From: Phycisphaerae bacterium
GTDB taxonomy: Bacteria; Planctomycetota; Phycisphaerae; UBA1845
Assembly (NCBI GenBank): GCA_963666835.2
Contig: CAXXGO010000001.1
Location: 1,792,001 to 1,856,000, forward strand
Direction: 5' to 3'
Length of the DNA: 64,000 nt
Shown: positions 59,482 through 64,000 of the stretch, one piece after another
How positions within the stretch are numbered: the first letter of the stretch is position 1
How the letters are laid out: each line of letters starts with the position of its first letter
Translations under genes and position numbers: made by a program
Notes under the pieces: generated by a model
Seen by the model: the letters and a program-made list of their open reading frames with translations, nothing else
Told to the model about the DNA's origin: nothing
The model's database searches: none

Positions 59482-61479
59482 ATGGCAGGCAGAGCGACGT
59501 GGATGGGACTAATGCGCGGAGGAGTCGTGTTCTTCGTGAGCAGTTTGGGCTTCATGGCGAGCGGAGCGGCAGGTCAGGTCCGCATTACGGAGTATGAATA
59601 CTCCGGCAACGGTGCCGCGGCGGAATTCGTAGAGTTCACGAATATCGGTACCGCCTCCGTCGACCTGACGGGGTGGAGCTATGATGATAGCAGCCGGGTC
59701 CCGGGGACGACGGATTTGAGTGCTTTCGGTAGCGTGGCGGCCGGCGAGTCGGTAATCCTATGCGAAGCAGAAGCGGCTACATTCATCGCGGCCTGGAGTC
59801 TGTCCGGCGTGCAGGTGATCGGCGGAAACGCTGCTAATTTGGGAAGAAACGACGAGATAAACCTCTTCGATTCTGGCGATGCCCTGGTGGATCGCATTAC
59901 GTATGGGGATCAGGACATACCTGGGACCATTCGCACACAAGGTTCCAGCGGCTGGCCGTGTGCGACGGCGGTGGGAGCTAACGACATCACCAGTTGGGTC
60001 CTGTCCACGTTAAGCGATGAGCAAGGGTCTGTTGTGTCGACGGAAGGGAACGTCGGAAGTCCCGGCGCATTTGTATCGTTTACATGTCCGGACCCGGATA
60101 CGGGCGCATGTTGCGAAGCGGGAGATTGTAACCAGCGGTCGGAAATCGATTGTGCGTCGGTGGGAATCTACCAGGGTGATGGTACCGATTGTGGTTCGGT
60201 CACGTGCCCCGCGCCCAGCGGAGCGGTCGTGCGCATTACCGAATATATGCATGGAGGTAACGGCGGAGAGTATATCGAGTTTACAAACCTCGATACGGTT
60301 GCGGTCGACATGACCGGCTGGAGTTACAGCGACGAAACGCGACACATCGGCCAGGTGGACTTAAGCGCGTTCGGCACGATCGCGGCAGGGGAGTCCGTGA
60401 TTCTTACGGAGACCATTGCCGGAGATTTCGTGGTCGATTGGAGCTTGAGCGGCGTTCAAGTTATCGGTGGGAATACGGTCAACATCGGCGCGGACGACGA
60501 GGTGAACCTGTACGATGCCTCCGGTGCGCTGGTTGATCGATTAACATACGGGACCGGCGACTTTCCCGGTACTATCGACGCCGATGGAGCGGGCGGCTGG
60601 CCGTGCTCCACGGCCGTGGGAGCGAACAACATCTATGATTGGCGTCGTTCCGCCGTGGGCGATGGGCAGGGATCATACTACTCGTTAGTTGGAGATGTAG
60701 GGAACCCGGGCAGCTACGCATCGGTGGTATGCGGGCCGGGATCGTGCTGCATATTAGGTGCGTGTTCGGTTCTGACCAAGGCGGCCTGTGATCTTGCGGG
60801 CGGTCTGTTTCTGGGGGATGACACTGATTGTGCGACCACGCCGTGCCCGACGCCGAGTGATGCGGCCGTGCGAATTACGGAGTACATGTACGATGGCTTG
60901 GGTTCGGAGTTTGCGGAGTTCACGAACTTGGATTCGGGTCCGGTTGACATGACCGGATGGAGCTTCAGTGACGCCGGCCAGCCGGGGGTGTTTGATCTAA
61001 GCGGACTTGGGACGGTCGGTAGCGGTGAATCGGTAATCATGACCGCGGTCGATCCGATTGTCTTTCGCACCGACTGGGGTCTAAGCGCCGGTGTCAAGGT
61101 CGTACGCATCCCGACGAATGAGCTGGGACGCAACGACGTCATCCAACTCTATGACAACTCCGGCAGCATTGTGGATGAACTGCATTACGGGGATGAGGAC
61201 TATCCGGGGTCTATTCGTACGCAGGAATCCAGCGGTTGGCCGTTTGCGTCCGCAGTGGGTCAGGACAACATTTTCGGCTGGCAGCTATCTGTAGTGGGGG
61301 ATGCCCAGGGCTCGCATGCGTCCGGCAGCGGCGACGTGGGCAGTCCGGGGGAATTCGAACTGATCGGAGATTCGCCCGTTCCTGCCGTGTCGGAATGGGG
61401 GCTGATTGTCTTTGGATTACTCCTGATGGTTGTCGGAACGTGTGCGTTTCCGCGAAGGCGGGCGGCGGGCTCGGTATAG
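59482..61479 (+). CDS. Three lamin tail domains + IPTL-CTERM-type sorting signal
   Basis: 3x VRITEY...E(F/Y)xEFTN...D(L/M)TGWS; G(A/S)CC Cys linkers; VPAVSEWG + TM + RRR. Confidence 0.88.
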   Translation: MAGRATWMGLMRGGVVFFVSSLGFMASGAAGQVRITEYEYSGNGAAAEFVEFTNIGTASVDLTGWSYDDSSRVPGTTDLSAFGSVAAGESVILCEAEAATFIAAWSLSGVQVIGGNAANLGRNDEINLFDSGDALVDRITYGDQDIPGTIRTQGSSGWPCATAVGANDITSWVLSTLSDEQGSVVSTEGNVGSPGAFVSFTCPDPDTGACCEAGDCNQRSEIDCASVGIYQGDGTDCGSVTCPAPSGAVVRITEYMHGGNGGEYIEFTNLDTVAVDMTGWSYSDETRHIGQVDLSAFGTIAAGESVILTETIAGDFVVDWSLSGVQVIGGNTVNIGADDEVNLYDASGALVDRLTYGTGDFPGTIDADGAGGWPCSTAVGANNIYDWRRSAVGDGQGSYYSLVGDVGNPGSYASVVCGPGSCCILGACSVLTKAACDLAGGLFLGDDTDCATTPCPTPSDAAVRITEYMYDGLGSEFAEFTNLDSGPVDMTGWSFSDAGQPGVFDLSGLGTVGSGESVIMTAVDPIVFRTDWGLSAGVKVVRIPTNELGRNDVIQLYDNSGSIVDELHYGDEDYPGSIRTQESSGWPFASAVGQDNIFGWQLSVVGDAQGSHASGSGDVGSPGEFELIGDSPVPAVSEWGLIVFGLLLMVVGTCAFPRRRAAGSV

Positions 61480-61527
61480 GTGTGTACGTGGTCGGAAGGT
61501 GATGTTGGGTATACCAGGAGAAAGGGA

Positions 61528-64000
61528 ATGAGGATGAAAATCGGAAGATGCGCGTGCGTATACGCGTGCGCGATGGCGCTGACCTTGAGCGTCACGAGCG
61601 TCAGCGTGGGACAGATGCGGATCACCGAGTATATGTACTCCGGGGACGGTGCGGAGTTTGTGGAATTCACGAACGTAGGCGTGGATGCCGTTGATATGAC
61701 CGGCTGGAGCTTCGCCGACGACTCCGCCGTTCCCGGCACCGTGGATCTGAGTGCCTTCGGCGTGGTCGCCGCGGGGCAGTCTGTGATTCTAACGGATGCG
61801 GATGACGCGGCGACGTTCATCGCGGACTGGGGTCTGACGGGCGTCACCGTTATCGCGGGATCGACTGCCGGTCTGGGCCGCGAGGACGAGATCAACCTCT
61901 ACGATGCGAGCGATGTGTTGGTCGATACGCTTATCTACGGCGACGAGCGTTTCACCGGTACACCGCGGACCAAGGACGTCAGCGGCTGGCCCTGTGCGGA
62001 GGCGGTCGGCGCTAACAATGTCTATCAGTGGAACGAATCGACGGTAGGTGACGGCCAGGGATCGTATGCGGCGACGTCGGGGGACACGGGAAGCCCCGGC
62101 ACGTTTGCCACGGTGAGCTGTGGGACGCCGGCGTCGGGGGCTTGCTGCGCGAGCGGAGTCTGCACAGACGGCACGGCGGTCGAGTGTTTCCTGCTTGGTG
62201 GCATTTACCAGGGGGACGGCACCGAGTGTGCAACCACCGATTGCCCCGTGCCTTCTCCTGGCATGATCCGGATTACCGAGTTTATGTACAAAGGTGGCGG
62301 CGGTGAGTTCTTCGAGATCACCAACCTTGATGTCGATCCGGTCGATATGACCGGCTGGAGTTACGATGACGACAGCGCCACGCCGGGGACGGTCGACCTG
62401 AGTGCGTTGGGTACGCTGGCATCGGGCGAGTCGGCGATTGTGACTGAGAGCGTCGCCGCGGACTTTCTGGCCGAGTGGTCGCTGACGGGCGTTAAGATCG
62501 TCGGCGAATCGGGCGCCGGCCTCGGACGGAATGACCAAATCAACATCTTTGACGGCTCCGGAACGCTGGTGGATCAGCTCGGTTACGGAGACGAGGACTA
62601 CCCGGGGACAATCCGCACCGATGGGCGGAGTGGTTGGCCGTGCGGGGCTGCCGTTGGCAATAACGACATCGGGCAGTGGCTCTTCGCATCAGTAGGCGAC
62701 GTGCAGGGATCGATCGAGTCTACGGAGGGTGCCATAGGTAATCCCGGGGCGTTCGTCGATCACGATTGTGCGACTACGCCCACCGGGGCCTGTTGTGACA
62801 GCTTGGGCGGCTGCACCGATCTGACCGCCACCGAGTGCCTCTTGGCGGGCGACAGTTACGAAGGTGACGCCACCGACTGCGCTACATTCACCTGCCCGGC
62901 TCCGTCGGAGGGCATCGTCCGGATCACCGAATATATGTACAGCGGAGAGGGCGACGAGTTCGTCGAGTTCACCAATCTCGACACCAACCCGATCGACCTG
63001 ACCGGCTGGAGCTTCGACGACGACAGCAACGTGCCCGGGTCGGTTGATCTCAGCGCGTTCGGCACACTGTCGCCGGGTGAGTCGGTGATCCTGACCGAGG
63101 GCGATGCGGTGACGTTCGCGGCCGATTGGAGCCTCACCGGAGTGAAGATCATCGGTGAATCGAGCGAGGGGCTCGGTCGTGGCGATCAGATCAACTTGTA
63201 TGACGGCTCAGGCGTTCTGGTCGACCGGTTGACCTATGGCGATGAGGATTTCCCGGGCACGATCCGGACGAAGGACGCCAGCGGCTGGCCCTGCGAAGAT
63301 GCCGTGGGTGTCGATGATATTAACAACTGGCTTCTCTCGTTCGAGGGCGACCTTCAGGGTTCCGTCTTGTCAGCCAATGGCGATGTCGGGCACCCCGGTG
63401 CGTTCCTGACCTTGGCATGCATACTATGCGGGAACGGCCGCGTTGATGCCGGCGAGGACTGTGACGGCGGTGATTGCTGCACGGCGAGCTGCACGTTTGT
63501 AGCCAGTGGTACGGAGTGTCGCGCGTCGACCGGCGTTTGCGATGCCGCCGAAGTGTGCGATGGGGCCGGGGCGGATTGCCCGGAGGACGCTCTGGAGCCG
63601 AGCACCACGGAGTGCCGGGCCTCGGCCGGAAATTGCGACCCGGCGGAGTTCTGCACGGGTGCGAGTGCGGAGTGCCCCGCAGATCTGTTTGATAGCACCA
63701 CCGTGTGCCGGCCCTCCGCCGGCGAGTGCGACCCGGAGGAGGTGTGTGACGGCTCCGGACCGAGCTGCCCCGCGGATGTGCTTGATAGCACGACGGTCTG
63801 TCGGCCCTCCGCCGGCGAGTGCGACATCGCGGAAACGTGTAACGGTACGGATGCGGAATGCCCGGCGGACGAGATGCAGGCAAGCGGCGTGCTTTGCAGT
63901 GACGACGGCAACGAGTGCACCAGCGACATCTGTGACGGCATCGGTGCGTCCTGCACGCATCCGGACAACCTGCAGTGCGGCGCGTGCTGTATGCCCAATT
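61528..64000 (+). CDS. Three lamin tail domains + disintegrin-like Cys repeats (runs off window)
   Basis: Manual translation, open to the window end. RITE(Y/F)MY at ~61612, ~62266, ~62917; then CGNGRVDAGEDCD..CC and 4x CRxSxGxCDxxExCxG...CPxD. Confidence 0.88.
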   Translation, partial: MRMKIGRCACVYACAMALTLSVTSVSVGQMRITEYMYSGDGAEFVEFTNVGVDAVDMTGWSFADDSAVPGTVDLSAFGVVAAGQSVILTDADDAATFIADWGLTGVTVIAGSTAGLGREDEINLYDASDVLVDTLIYGDERFTGTPRTKDVSGWPCAEAVGANNVYQWNESTVGDGQGSYAATSGDTGSPGTFATVSCGTPASGACCASGVCTDGTAVECFLLGGIYQGDGTECATTDCPVPSPGMIRITEFMYKGGGGEFFEITNLDVDPVDMTGWSYDDDSATPGTVDLSALGTLASGESAIVTESVAADFLAEWSLTGVKIVGESGAGLGRNDQINIFDGSGTLVDQLGYGDEDYPGTIRTDGRSGWPCGAAVGNNDIGQWLFASVGDVQGSIESTEGAIGNPGAFVDHDCATTPTGACCDSLGGCTDLTATECLLAGDSYEGDATDCATFTCPAPSEGIVRITEYMYSGEGDEFVEFTNLDTNPIDLTGWSFDDDSNVPGSVDLSAFGTLSPGESVILTEGDAVTFAADWSLTGVKIIGESSEGLGRGDQINLYDGSGVLVDRLTYGDEDFPGTIRTKDASGWPCEDAVGVDDINNWLLSFEGDLQGSVLSANGDVGHPGAFLTLACILCGNGRVDAGEDCDGGDCCTASCTFVASGTECRASTGVCDAAEVCDGAGADCPEDALEPSTTECRASAGNCDPAEFCTGASAECPADLFDSTTVCRPSAGECDPEEVCDGSGPSCPADVLDSTTVCRPSAGECDIAETCNGTDAECPADEMQASGVLCSDDGNECTSDICDGIGASCTHPDNLQCGACCMPN

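Overview
GC-rich bacterial chromosomal window, most likely from Planctomycetota, class Phycisphaerae (inferred from a DUF1559-type prepilin with H-X9-DG motif, many dockerin-like DxDxDGDVDxxD tails, GACC-type Cys linkers and an IPTL-CTERM tail). Housekeeping and metabolic genes (glnS, pgi, pepP, yjbQ, tRNA-Ile2(CAT), carbamoyltransferase, TauE, GGDEF, 2-hydroxyacid dehydrogenase, radical SAM, MFS-acyltransferase) alternate with very large secreted proteins. These are an FG-GAP giant with an internal amidase-like domain, two paralogous S8 proteases, a 16-heme cytochrome c (two tandem octaheme modules behind a dockerin-like domain), and a pilin + lamin-tail-domain operon that includes a dockerin/cohesin-like adaptor and disintegrin-like repeats. 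There is also a GAPOR-like tungsten oxidoreductase and a ParA-glycogen-binding-domain fusion. An accessory stretch (21.5-31 kb) has mosaic REP/REPIN arrays, an IS4-family element inserted in a REP palindrome, a WYL regulator flanked by two structured switch-like leaders, and a tandem pair of secreted prepro-proteins ending in a 6-Cys mini-domain. Two single-base frameshifts in short homopolymers are probably assembly errors. All family calls come from recognising motifs by eye; no database searches were run.
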